Part shown: positions 1 through 8,260 of the stretch, piece by piece
How the letters are laid out: each line of letters starts with the position of its first letter
How positions within the stretch are numbered: the first letter of the stretch is position 1
DNA from: Alphaproteobacteria bacterium
GTDB lineage: Bacteria > Pseudomonadota > Alphaproteobacteria > MPNO01
Direction: 5' to 3'
NCBI GenBank assembly: GCA_965248835.1
Contig: CBDFLJ010000002.1
Location: 672,001-736,000 of the forward strand
Length of the DNA: 64,000 nucleotides
The notes under the pieces: generated by a model
The model's database searches: none
Seen by the model: only the letters and a program-made list of their open reading frames with translations
Told to the model about the DNA's origin: nothing
Translations under genes and position numbers: made by a program

Positions 1-506
1 TGATCGACGATCCCGACACCGATGTCCTCGTCTGGGTGGCGCGCGGCCACCCGCAGGCGATCCGGCGCCCGGAAATGTTCGGCTGGGTTGACGCCGACGC
101 GGACGGACTGATCCGGGGCGTCTCGGTGAAGACGCCCCTCGCCGCCCCGGCCGCCGACCCGATCATCACCGGCGCCTTCACTTTCGGACGGGCACGCGAT
201 TTCATCGCCGCCGCCGAGCGGATGATCAGACGGAACGCCCGCATCAACGGCGAGTTCTATGTCGACACCGCGATCGAGGACGCGATGGTCCTCGGCCTGC
301 GCTGCCGCATTTTCGAGGTCGACCACTACCTCGGGTGGGGGACGCCGGACGACCTGAAGACCTTCGAGTACTGGCAATCCTGCTTCCACAAATGGCCGTC
401 GCATCCCTACCGGCTGGAGCACGACAAGCGCGTCCCGGCGCGCGCGGTGTCGGTGCTCGACCGCCGTTACGCCACGCGCAGGCCCTCGCGTCCGGTCCGC
501 CGGTAA
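1..506 (+). CDS. Sugar-phosphate nucleotidyltransferase-like protein, C-terminal part (5' end outside window)
   Basis: Open frame from the window edge. Motifs GAFTF, RINGEFYVD and LGWGTPDDL are typical of NTP-transferase/dTDP-glucose pyrophosphorylase-like C-termini. Confidence 0.7.
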   Translation, partial: IDDPDTDVLVWVARGHPQAIRRPEMFGWVDADADGLIRGVSVKTPLAAPAADPIITGAFTFGRARDFIAAAERMIRRNARINGEFYVDTAIEDAMVLGLRCRIFEVDHYLGWGTPDDLKTFEYWQSCFHKWPSHPYRLEHDKRVPARAVSVLDRRYATRRPSRPVRR

Positions 507-883
507 CGCGCCGTGGGCACCGGCCGGCAAGTCAACCTGTTCATCGCGATCGGCGTCGCCATGGTCTTCGTCGACCTGGCGACTTACCGGTCGCTGTTGT
601 GGGGCGGTCTCGGTATCGACCTCGCGAAGGGGATCGGATACTGCGTCGGCACGATCTGCGCCTATTCCGACAGACCCCACACAAGGGCAGCCAAGCCAAA
701 CGCTTACCGGTCGTCGTCAGTTCCGTGGGTTGAACCGGCATACCGGCGGCGGCCGCGACCGACTTTGCCACTGGTGTCACGCTGAGGCCGATGACGGCCG
801 CGAGGGACATCGCGCGCGCCCGCAATTGAGGACGGCGGCTTGTCCGCCCACGGTCGGCCGAGAACCGCCGGCCGTCGGAAAAC

Positions 884-1690
884 CTACGTCTTTGTCAGGA
901 CGACACGGCGCGCCATGGCGAAGGTATTTGGCGACAATCGGCACAATCCGTCATCGATGATCTTTACGAACTCGAGAATCCGCATTGGGAGCTCGACGAC
1001 CCGCCGTTTCGAAATCACGCCACCCGACAATGGAAATAGAAAACACTCATCAGGCTGGTTGAGAACAACTTCGAGGCCCGGGAAGTTCCGCTCGAACGTT
1101 CGGGAATTCCGGAAGAGAAGGTAAGGCACGGCGCAATTCGCCGACCACGGGTCGTCGGAATTGTTTGCAATTCTCTCTCCGTCGAACGGGTCGACATCAA
1201 ACGACCACCCTTCGTGCCGCATGAGGCGGAGCAGCAGTTGCAGAAAAAAACTAATATTGACATCGTGGATGATTATTCTGCCATTCTTCTTCAGAGAGAA
1301 ATACAATGAATCGAAAAATATCTTTGGTTTTGCAACGTGATGTATCATATGTGAACAAATAAATACGTCGACACTAGAGGGTTCGAATGGAAGATCGAGC
1401 GCGTCGACGATTTCGTCTACCCATTCGTACTTTATGACATCGGTGAGGATCATATTCTCATGGTCAATGAAGAATCTCGAGAAACCCGCACCACAGCCCA
1501 GTTCGACGACCCTGTCCCCAGCGTAGATGTGGTCGTTCATCCATTTGTACCGGTTCATTAGGAGGAAATGCAAATTTTTGGTGCGGTGACTTTCAAATAT
1601 TCTTCGGGCATTTGTTACATCGCCCTCGTGTTCCATGAGGTTTTCCTCATGACGCGGGAAATACCTATCCGCCAGCTTTAGGAGAGGCAT
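884..1690 (-). CDS. Class I SAM-dependent methyltransferase (passenger gene, lower GC than flanks)
   Basis: VVELGCGAG motif I, DALDLPF and SHMIHHV. Start placed at MPLLKL. Confidence 0.8.
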   Translation of the reverse strand: MPLLKLADRYFPRHEENLMEHEGDVTNARRIFESHRTKNLHFLLMNRYKWMNDHIYAGDRVVELGCGAGFSRFFIDHENMILTDVIKYEWVDEIVDALDLPFEPSSVDVFICSHMIHHVAKPKIFFDSLYFSLKKNGRIIIHDVNISFFLQLLLRLMRHEGWSFDVDPFDGERIANNSDDPWSANCAVPYLLFRNSRTFERNFPGLEVVLNQPDECFLFPLSGGVISKRRVVELPMRILEFVKIIDDGLCRLSPNTFAMARRVVLTKT

Positions 1691-2497
1691 TTTATGTCGT
1701 GCCCCAAAAGGCCCAAGTCGCGATCTCCATGCCCGGTAATCGCAACGTCCGGTGATCGTTGCGCCGTCGTAACGCATACCGCTTCAGGACGCACCCCAGT
1801 ATTTTCCGCGAATCGCAAGTAGGTGGCGGCCGCATGCTGGTCAGGCGCCTGGCAAGCACCGGACCCTGAACACCGGGGACGCGTGTTCCTTCGAACCCGA
1901 CGATCTTCAATTCCAAACGCCTGAAAAGACGAAGCCCGGAAACAGACGCCCGACGGCATCGGGCACCCGCTCGCGCCAGGCCGGCACATTCAAAATCAGC
2001 GACAGGATGAATAGATCGGGTCAGGTCTTCCATGGACTCCAATTCGCCTGATTCCTCCTATGCGACCGACATCTGGTCCGCGGGTCCGCGGAACCGCCGG
2101 GGGCTGGGCTCGGCGCTGTAAACAGAAGCCGGTGCGGCGCACGCAAAGACCACGTTAATCCGACATTCCCCAGATGACTCCCAAACTCGGTCCCGATGGT
2201 AGCAGAAGAGGTCCCATCCTAGAACCATGAACGGCATTTCTGCCCGGCGCATTGAGTTTTCGACCGCCGGATCGGCTTTGACAGCCCAATCCCGCCCGAT
2301 TTCCTCCGCTCCGGACACACGTCTCCGTCCGTCATCTCGGTTTTTCCTCCGTTCAGGCCGTTGCCGGGGATGGTCGCCACAGTCCGTCGATCAATCCCAG
2401 GATGCTTCGGAACAGATCGCGGGACACGGCCACTTCGGCCATCTGGAACGTAACGTAGCGGCCATGGCTGACGACCTTGGCCCCGATCTTGACCACC

Positions 2498-2520
2498 CTT
2501 GATCGGCTTTGCCGCTCAAG
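2498..2520. repeat. 23-nt imperfect hairpin CTTGATCGGCTTTGCCGCTCAAG inserted in the IS1380 transposase
   Basis: Interrupts the expected SLTT(L/I)REKLVKIG motif. Matches the reverse complement of 2763-2785 at 20/23 positions. Confidence 0.75.
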
Positions 2521-2762
2521 CCCGGATTGTGGTCAGCGAACGGTGCTCCACCTCCTTCGGCAACGCCAGGGTCCGCATGAAGTTGGCGAGGTTGTATGCC
2601 AGGGCGTGAAGTTGCAGCCGGACCTCGTTGTTGCGGAACTTGCGACACGACAACCGGGTCCACTTGATGGCGTTCTTGCCCTCCTTGATCCACTGTTCCG
2701 CCGTGCCCCGATGATTATAGAAGGCGACGACCCGTTCGGCCTTGCGGCTCAGGTTGGTAACG

Positions 2763-2785
2763 CTTGAGCCGCGAAGCGGATCAAG
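2763..2785. repeat. 23-nt imperfect hairpin CTTGAGCCGCGAAGCGGATCAAG inserted in the IS1380 transposase
   Basis: Turns the expected YPRVGFIVTNL into YPRVGLDPLRGSSVTNL. Confidence 0.75.
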
Positions 2786-4077
2786 CCCGACGCGGGGATA
2801 CAATTCTCCGGGATCCATTCGACCTTGGCGACCACCCGGCGTTTTCTGCCCCACGATCCGGCTTGGTAGCTGAAGCTGGCATACTGACGGCGAACATGGT
2901 TGAGCGGGCGTCCGACCGGGCGACGGAGCAGATGGGCGATGCTCTCCTGGAGAACCTTGTTGGCGGGCAGGCGGATCGCGTAGAGCACGCTCTCGACTTC
3001 GAGGTATTCGTAGATGTCCGGCGAGGCGAAGGCCGCATCGCCTCGGAAATAGAGCCGAACCTGCCGTTCCTTGTAGCGTTCCACGACCGGGGCCAGGACA
3101 TCCCACCATCCGTTGGCACTGTGGACATTGCCGGGACGCAGGCGGCATCGTTCCAAGTCGCCCATGTGATTGAACAGAACAGGGGATGGTAGCAGGTGCA
3201 GCCGAAGTGACGGTTATAGGCTGTCCCTTCCTGGTCGCCGTAGATCGGGCTGACGCTGGAACCCATGTCGAGGATCACCTTCTTCGGTGGGTGGCGGTCA
3301 TGAACTCGGTCGATCCAAGCCCCGGACAGGTCGGCAAGAGCAGCGATGTTATCATCCGTCGCCAGAAATTCCGTCTCGAAGCGTCCCATCTGGCTCGCGG
3401 ACGCCGCCTGCTTGGCGACGGCATTCCCGCCGACGATCCATCGCATGGCCGGATCACGCCCAAGGCGGTCAGCATCGTTCACGTCTTCGTAACCGCCGAG
3501 GCGACCGAAGGTCGATTGGTGGAACAGCCCGGTCATCCCATGCTGACCGTTCTTGCCGGTTCGCGGGTCCGCTAAACGTCCCCCGGCGACTTCGGTCAAG
3601 CCAAGTGCATCATCGAGTTCCCGGAAGGGAAGGAGGCCCGCATCCGATGTGACCTTCGAGCCATTGAACTCCAGCTTCAGCCGACGGTCAATATCGAGCC
3701 GCAGCACCTCCCGTTTCGCTTTCACCCATCGGATGGGCCATTCCTTCTTCCCCATTCCGATAACAACCCATTGATTCTTAGATCAGAATCTCGCCACAGC
3801 GTTATCAAGGCGTTGCTTAATCTGGGGAATAGGGGCTATTTCCTCAACCGGCGCTTCACGTTCCGCGCCAAAGGGGGCCGAAGAGCTTCGTCGCCTACGT
3901 CATGCTGTACGTCGTCACTCTCGGGCTCAACGTCGCGGCCAACGCCGGCGTCCTCCACCTGCTCCCGTTCGACGGTGAAATCGCGCTCGCCATCGCCTAT
4001 GTGTTCGCCACTGGTCTGGCCGCGGCGACCAATTTCCTCGGTTTGAAATACGTCGTGTTCCGCTCGCCGCGCGTCGG

Positions 4078-4842
4078 CTAAACCGCGTGGCGGTCGGCGA
4101 AGAGGTCGCGCAGCAGCGGCCGCAGCTCGGCGAAATGGTCGAACACCAGATCGGGACCGTGGTCGCCGCTAAGCACCTCGACGCCCTTGTGGCGTTTCTG
4201 CAGCGTGGCGGCGCCGATCGCCGCGCGGGCGCCCTGGATGTCGTTCACCGCGTGGTCGCCAATCATCCAGAACGGACCGGTGTTGGGTTCGAGCTTCGCC
4301 AGCGAAAGCAGGAACGGCGCCGCGTTTGGCTTGTCGAAGCCGGCTTCCTCGGACGTCACCATGTAGTCGAAATAATGGTCGAGCCCCCAGTACACGATCT
4401 TGCGAAACTGAATCTGGGCGGTGAGGTCGGTGACAACCACGGTGGTGATATCGGCCAATCGCAAATCGTCGAGGAAGTTCTTGACCTCGGGGAAGAGGCG
4501 CGCGGTGCCCAGGAAGGTCCGCCAATAGGTCTGCTCGAAGTCGAGCGCGAGAAGCGTCTGGGTTCGCAGGCCGAGGATCTCCAGCATGCGCTGAAAATAG
4601 AGCAGGCGGCTGTGCGCGCTGGCGGTGCCCTCGAGGCGTTCCTTCACCCGTCGCCGGGCTTCGCGGTAGGCCTCGTCGAACTCGGCGCCGGAAAGGTTGA
4701 GCATGCGGTTTGCCTTGGCGCGCGTCGCATCAAGCGCTGCCGCATGCGCCGGATCGTAGGCGTAGAGCGTATTGTCCGTATCGAAGAGGACGATCGCCGG
4801 GGGCCCGGCGAATGCTTCGGAGCGGCGCATGGAAAGGGTCAC
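4078..4842 (-). CDS. HAD-family hydrolase/phosphatase
   Basis: LFDTDNTLY motif I, VTD, SEEAGFDKP and IGDHAVNDIQGA. The GTG start overlaps the upstream stop. Confidence 0.85.
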   Translation of the reverse strand: MTLSMRRSEAFAGPPAIVLFDTDNTLYAYDPAHAAALDATRAKANRMLNLSGAEFDEAYREARRRVKERLEGTASAHSRLLYFQRMLEILGLRTQTLLALDFEQTYWRTFLGTARLFPEVKNFLDDLRLADITTVVVTDLTAQIQFRKIVYWGLDHYFDYMVTSEEAGFDKPNAAPFLLSLAKLEPNTGPFWMIGDHAVNDIQGARAAIGAATLQKRHKGVEVLSGDHGPDLVFDHFAELRPLLRDLFADRHAV

Positions 4843-6911
4843 AGCCGCCTCTCCTGCAAGGCGCGTACGGCCTGGGTGAGGACAAACAGCTGCATGACAC
4901 CGGACACGCCGGCGCGCCACTTCGGGCGCAAGTCGAGCAGCTCGTCGAGCTGCGGCACGAGGGCGGCGGCCGAAACGGCGATGTCCTCGGCGTCGGCCTC
5001 GCCCTCGACCCAGATTTCCACACCGCCCGTGTCCTTGTGCATAAGGACCTCGACATGCATGCCGCAGACGGCGATCAACGACCGTACCAGCTGCTCGTAG
5101 TGCGCGCCCGTGGGCATCAGGATGCGCAGCTTGAGCGCGGGATCGCGGCCGCCGCCCGCGTCCCGCAAGAGATCGGGGTGGAGCGGATGCAGCGAAAGGA
5201 CCAGGTCCGCCGCCTTCGCCTGGGGCGAGACGAAATGGGCGCCGTCGGGCTCGCGCTTCTCGAGCGACGCGATAACCGTCTCCTGTGACGCGCCACGTTC
5301 CTCGATGTCCCTCCGCGCCTTCAGGTAGCGCCGCAGGGCGGGATGCATGTCAAGAAAGACGCGCAAATCGTAGTGCCGGTTCAACTCGGGGGAATAGAGC
5401 GCGTGAAGACCGCTGGCAACGACAACGTCGTTGCGGTGGATGAGGCGCGGCTTGCTGCTGTGGCCGGTCGCGTGGTCGTAATGGCGGTTGCGCACCGACC
5501 TGCCGGCCATCAGTTGGACGACATCCTGATTGAACTGGTAGAGGTCGTTTGCCTGGGGGTTGAGATGGGTGAGCACCTTCCACATCGGCTGACGCCGGTC
5601 CCAGTTGTGGTAGTCGTCGCCGGAGATGCGGGCGACAGAGTGGGCGCCGAAAAGTCCTTCGATCGAGTCGGCGAGGGTATCCTTGCCCGTGCCGCTGTCG
5701 CCGGCGATTCCGATGGCCAAAGGCCGCCGGCTCAGGATGTAGTAGTCGTTGTGCAAGATGCCTTCGCGGGCCATCTGATAGCCGAGCATCGCGCCGGTCG
5801 CGACCATGAGAGAAAGGATCAGCGACGGCACCCGCTCCGACGCCGCCGGCAGCGACCCGATCACCGGCGACCGCAGATCGACCCCGAGCAAGGGGATCGC
5901 CGCACCGCTCGCTTCGAGCAGGTTCAAGGCGACGTAGAGGACGGTGAATATCGCCATTAGCACCTTTCCAGTCAGGCCGCTCTTGGTCTGGTAGTTGACC
6001 AGGAACGGCATCACCCACAGGAACCAGCCGGGCGACGCGGGGGTCAGCAGCAAGAGCACGAAGAAGCCGATACCCAGTAGCGCGAGAAGCAGATCGAAGC
6101 TGATCCGCCCGATCCGCCACGCCACGAACAAAACCACCAGATACACCAGCGGTATCAGATAGATGTTCAGCCCGCCCCCGAGCGTGATCGCCATCGCGTA
6201 GAGCTTGTCCATCTGCGGCGTCTGCAACACCATCGATCGGAAACCGTCCGACAGCAGATACGGCCCCATGACCAGCGCGGCGACCGCGGCGCCGGCCGCC
6301 GCATAGCGCGGCGCCAACCCGCGCAGCCGGTTGCTGTTGGCGAGGTAGACCAGGACGAACGGCGCGGCAGCCGCCATGCTCAGCTTGGCCGCCATCGCGA
6401 GGCCGATCATCGCGCCCGACGCCGCGACCCGCAGTCGCGACATCAGCACCAGCGAGAAGACCATCAGCAGGACTGGGACAATATCGAGCTGGCCGTGCCA
6501 GTAGCAGATGTAGATGACGATCGGCGACAGCCAATAGAGCGCGAGGACCTGTCCGGGCTTCTCGGGCACCAGCCGGTTGAGCGCGGCGTACAGCAGATAA
6601 TCATACAGCAGAACCGCGAAGCCGAGCCCCACCGCGCCGCCGGACTTCCCCAGGATCGAGTCGGCGAGCGCGCCGAGCAACACCGCCGGCGCGAGCATGA
6701 CGACGTAGACCGGGCCGTAGGGGAATGCGAACGGATTGCCGCCCCGCCCCAGATGCGCCGTCCAGAAATCCAGGCCGCCGCCCGCGGCCACGGATGCGAG
6801 AAACGGCACGAACCACTCCCCGTAGGTCTGCGGCACGACCAGCACGACCAGCGCCACCCGAAGCGCCAAGCCGGCGGTAAACAGGGATCCGCGCAACCCG
6901 TCGACCGCCAT
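4839..6911 (-). CDS. Fusion of a multi-TM GT-C (GT87/mannosyltransferase-like) domain and a C-terminal phosphoribulokinase/uridine-kinase-like domain
   Basis: About 390-aa hydrophobic N-terminus with FPYGP and HGQLDIVP. C-terminus has Walker A GDSGTGKDT, DDYHNWDR, HLNPQAN, YDH and GLHALY. Confidence 0.75.
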   Translation of the reverse strand: MAVDGLRGSLFTAGLALRVALVVLVVPQTYGEWFVPFLASVAAGGGLDFWTAHLGRGGNPFAFPYGPVYVVMLAPAVLLGALADSILGKSGGAVGLGFAVLLYDYLLYAALNRLVPEKPGQVLALYWLSPIVIYICYWHGQLDIVPVLLMVFSLVLMSRLRVAASGAMIGLAMAAKLSMAAAAPFVLVYLANSNRLRGLAPRYAAAGAAVAALVMGPYLLSDGFRSMVLQTPQMDKLYAMAITLGGGLNIYLIPLVYLVVLFVAWRIGRISFDLLLALLGIGFFVLLLLTPASPGWFLWVMPFLVNYQTKSGLTGKVLMAIFTVLYVALNLLEASGAAIPLLGVDLRSPVIGSLPAASERVPSLILSLMVATGAMLGYQMAREGILHNDYYILSRRPLAIGIAGDSGTGKDTLADSIEGLFGAHSVARISGDDYHNWDRRQPMWKVLTHLNPQANDLYQFNQDVVQLMAGRSVRNRHYDHATGHSSKPRLIHRNDVVVASGLHALYSPELNRHYDLRVFLDMHPALRRYLKARRDIEERGASQETVIASLEKREPDGAHFVSPQAKAADLVLSLHPLHPDLLRDAGGGRDPALKLRILMPTGAHYEQLVRSLIAVCGMHVEVLMHKDTGGVEIWVEGEADAEDIAVSAAALVPQLDELLDLRPKWRAGVSGVMQLFVLTQAVRALQERRL

Positions 6912-7498
6912 CACCGCCACCTCTCGGGCGTCTTCGTGCACACCGCGTCGGCGGTGATGCCCTGCCCGGCGAGAATCGCGCGCAGAGCCTCGACATCCTC
7001 GGCGGAGATGCGTCCCTGCAGCTCGGGCGACACCAGGCAGAGCTTGAAACCCGCCGCCCGAAGCCTGTCCGCCGACTCCCTGTTCAGCGGAAACCGCGAA
7101 AAACAGTCGACCCACACCCAGTCCACCATGCCGCCGAGGCCGAGCGCGGTATCGACCGATTCGAACTCCGACACCCGCACCGCGCAGCGGCTTTCGCCCC
7201 GTCGTGCGGTGCGGACCAGGAACGGAAACGACTGATCGAGGAAGAAAAAGTCGTCGATGCCGTGGCGACGCATCAGGTCGAGCAAGCGGTCCTCAAGCCC
7301 CTCTTCCTTGACGTTGAGGATCAGCGTGCCGTGACGGTACGACTCGAGCCATTCCTCGAACGCGTCGCCTTCGACGAACGGATCGTGGTGCGTGACCAGA
7401 CGATCACCGAAGCTGCGGATGTCGACCTCGATCCCCAGCGAGGGCGGCGTCGCGGCAAGCTCGGCGATGGCGTTGCGGCGGTGCCGTATGATCTGCAC
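6911..7498 (-). CDS. Small PI-PLC/glycerophosphodiester phosphodiesterase-like protein
   Basis: IIRHRRN, GIEVDIR, HHDPF, LNVKEEG, VSPELQG and DAVCTK. Confidence 0.7.
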   Translation of the reverse strand: MQIIRHRRNAIAELAATPPSLGIEVDIRSFGDRLVTHHDPFVEGDAFEEWLESYRHGTLILNVKEEGLEDRLLDLMRRHGIDDFFFLDQSFPFLVRTARRGESRCAVRVSEFESVDTALGLGGMVDWVWVDCFSRFPLNRESADRLRAAGFKLCLVSPELQGRISAEDVEALRAILAGQGITADAVCTKTPERWR

Positions 7499-7558
7499 GC
7501 GGCGCTTCCTTCGTCGATGGCGGTTCCGGGCGCATGATAATAGGCATGTCCGTCGCCC

Positions 7559-8260
7559 TCAAAGCCGGCGGCGCAGTTCCAGGCTGTAGGCGACGGTGCG
7601 GCGAATGAACTTCAGCTTCGCGCGCCAATCGACGTTCCAGTGGGACGCGCCGTGGGCGCGGGCGCCGAACCGCACCGGAAACCGCTCGATCGCGAGGCCC
7701 ATGCGCCTGGCCTGATAATAGGCAAAGAGGTCGAGCGCGAAATCATACGGCGGATTCCGCCAACGATGGAAAAACGACCGCGGGAACAGGGTCGGCTGGG
7801 CGTTGATGTCCCACATGGCGGTCTGCATGAGGGCGGACTCGAACACCGCCATGCCCGCGGTGAAGAGCACATCGGCCAGGGGCCGGCCATGGCGCCTGCC
7901 CTTGACGAAAAGCGTCTCGGGATCGCGCGCCCCGAGAAACCGCTCGAACCCCGCGATCGCATCGGCCGGATCGGTCTGCATGTCGGCGTGAGTCCAGCCG
8001 AGCACGTCGCCGCGCGCCGCGCGCAGGCCGGACAGGATGCCGAAGCCGTAGCCCCGGTTGGTCTCGACACGCAGGCTGCGGCACCCCGGATGGCGCGGCA
8101 GCAGTTCCGCGAGCACATCCGGGGTGTCGTCGCGCGACCCATTGTCGACCAGAACGACCTCGGTGTCGGCGCGCCGCGCGACCTCGGCGCAGCGCGGCAG
8201 CAAGAGGGGCAAGTTCCGCGCTTCGTCGAAGCAGGGTATGACCAGCGAAAAGGATGTCAT
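7559..8260 (-). CDS. GT2 glycosyltransferase, polyprenol-phosphate glycosyltransferase (DPM1/GtrB)-like
   Basis: SLVIPCFDEA, VDNGSRDDT, NRGYGFGI and THADMQTDP. Confidence 0.85.
   Translation of the reverse strand: MTSFSLVIPCFDEARNLPLLLPRCAEVARRADTEVVLVDNGSRDDTPDVLAELLPRHPGCRSLRVETNRGYGFGILSGLRAARGDVLGWTHADMQTDPADAIAGFERFLGARDPETLFVKGRRHGRPLADVLFTAGMAVFESALMQTAMWDINAQPTLFPRSFFHRWRNPPYDFALDLFAYYQARRMGLAIERFPVRFGARAHGASHWNVDWRAKLKFIRRTVAYSLELRRRL

Larger units (their letters stand above)
667..3835 (-). mobile_element. IS1380-family transposition unit (IS plus ~1.5 kb captured DNA) with a 5-bp target duplication CTATT
   Basis: CTATT at 662-666 and 3836-3840. IRL at 3820-3835, true IRR at 2160-2175, IRR-like end CCGACAGACCCCACAC at 667-682. 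Confidence 0.85.
2160..3835 (-). mobile_element. IS1380-family insertion sequence (~1.68 kb) with a frameshifted transposase
   Basis: Transposase fragments VTSDAGLL, GYEDVNDA, YFRGDAAF, RGTAEQWIKEGK and NEVRLQLHALAYNL in different frames. IRs CCGACATTCCCCAGAT and CCCCTATTCCCCAGAT match 13/16. Confidence 0.9.
513..4081 (+). pseudogene. gtrA: GtrA-family flippase gene split by a 3.17-kb insertion (5' half 513-666, 3' half 3836-4081, extra frameshift in a G run near 3875)
   Basis: Removing 667-3840 rejoins ...GTICAY|FLNRRFTFR, the GtrA signature. The 3' part ends ...ATNFLGLKYVVFR*. Confidence 0.85.

Noticed and set aside
667-883. ORFs at the outer end of the IS1380 cargo
   Set aside because: No motifs. 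At most a truncated gene start clipped during capture.
4839-5730. Calvin-cycle phosphoribulokinase
   Set aside because: It is fused to a membrane GT-like domain in a glycan locus, with no cbb genes nearby.
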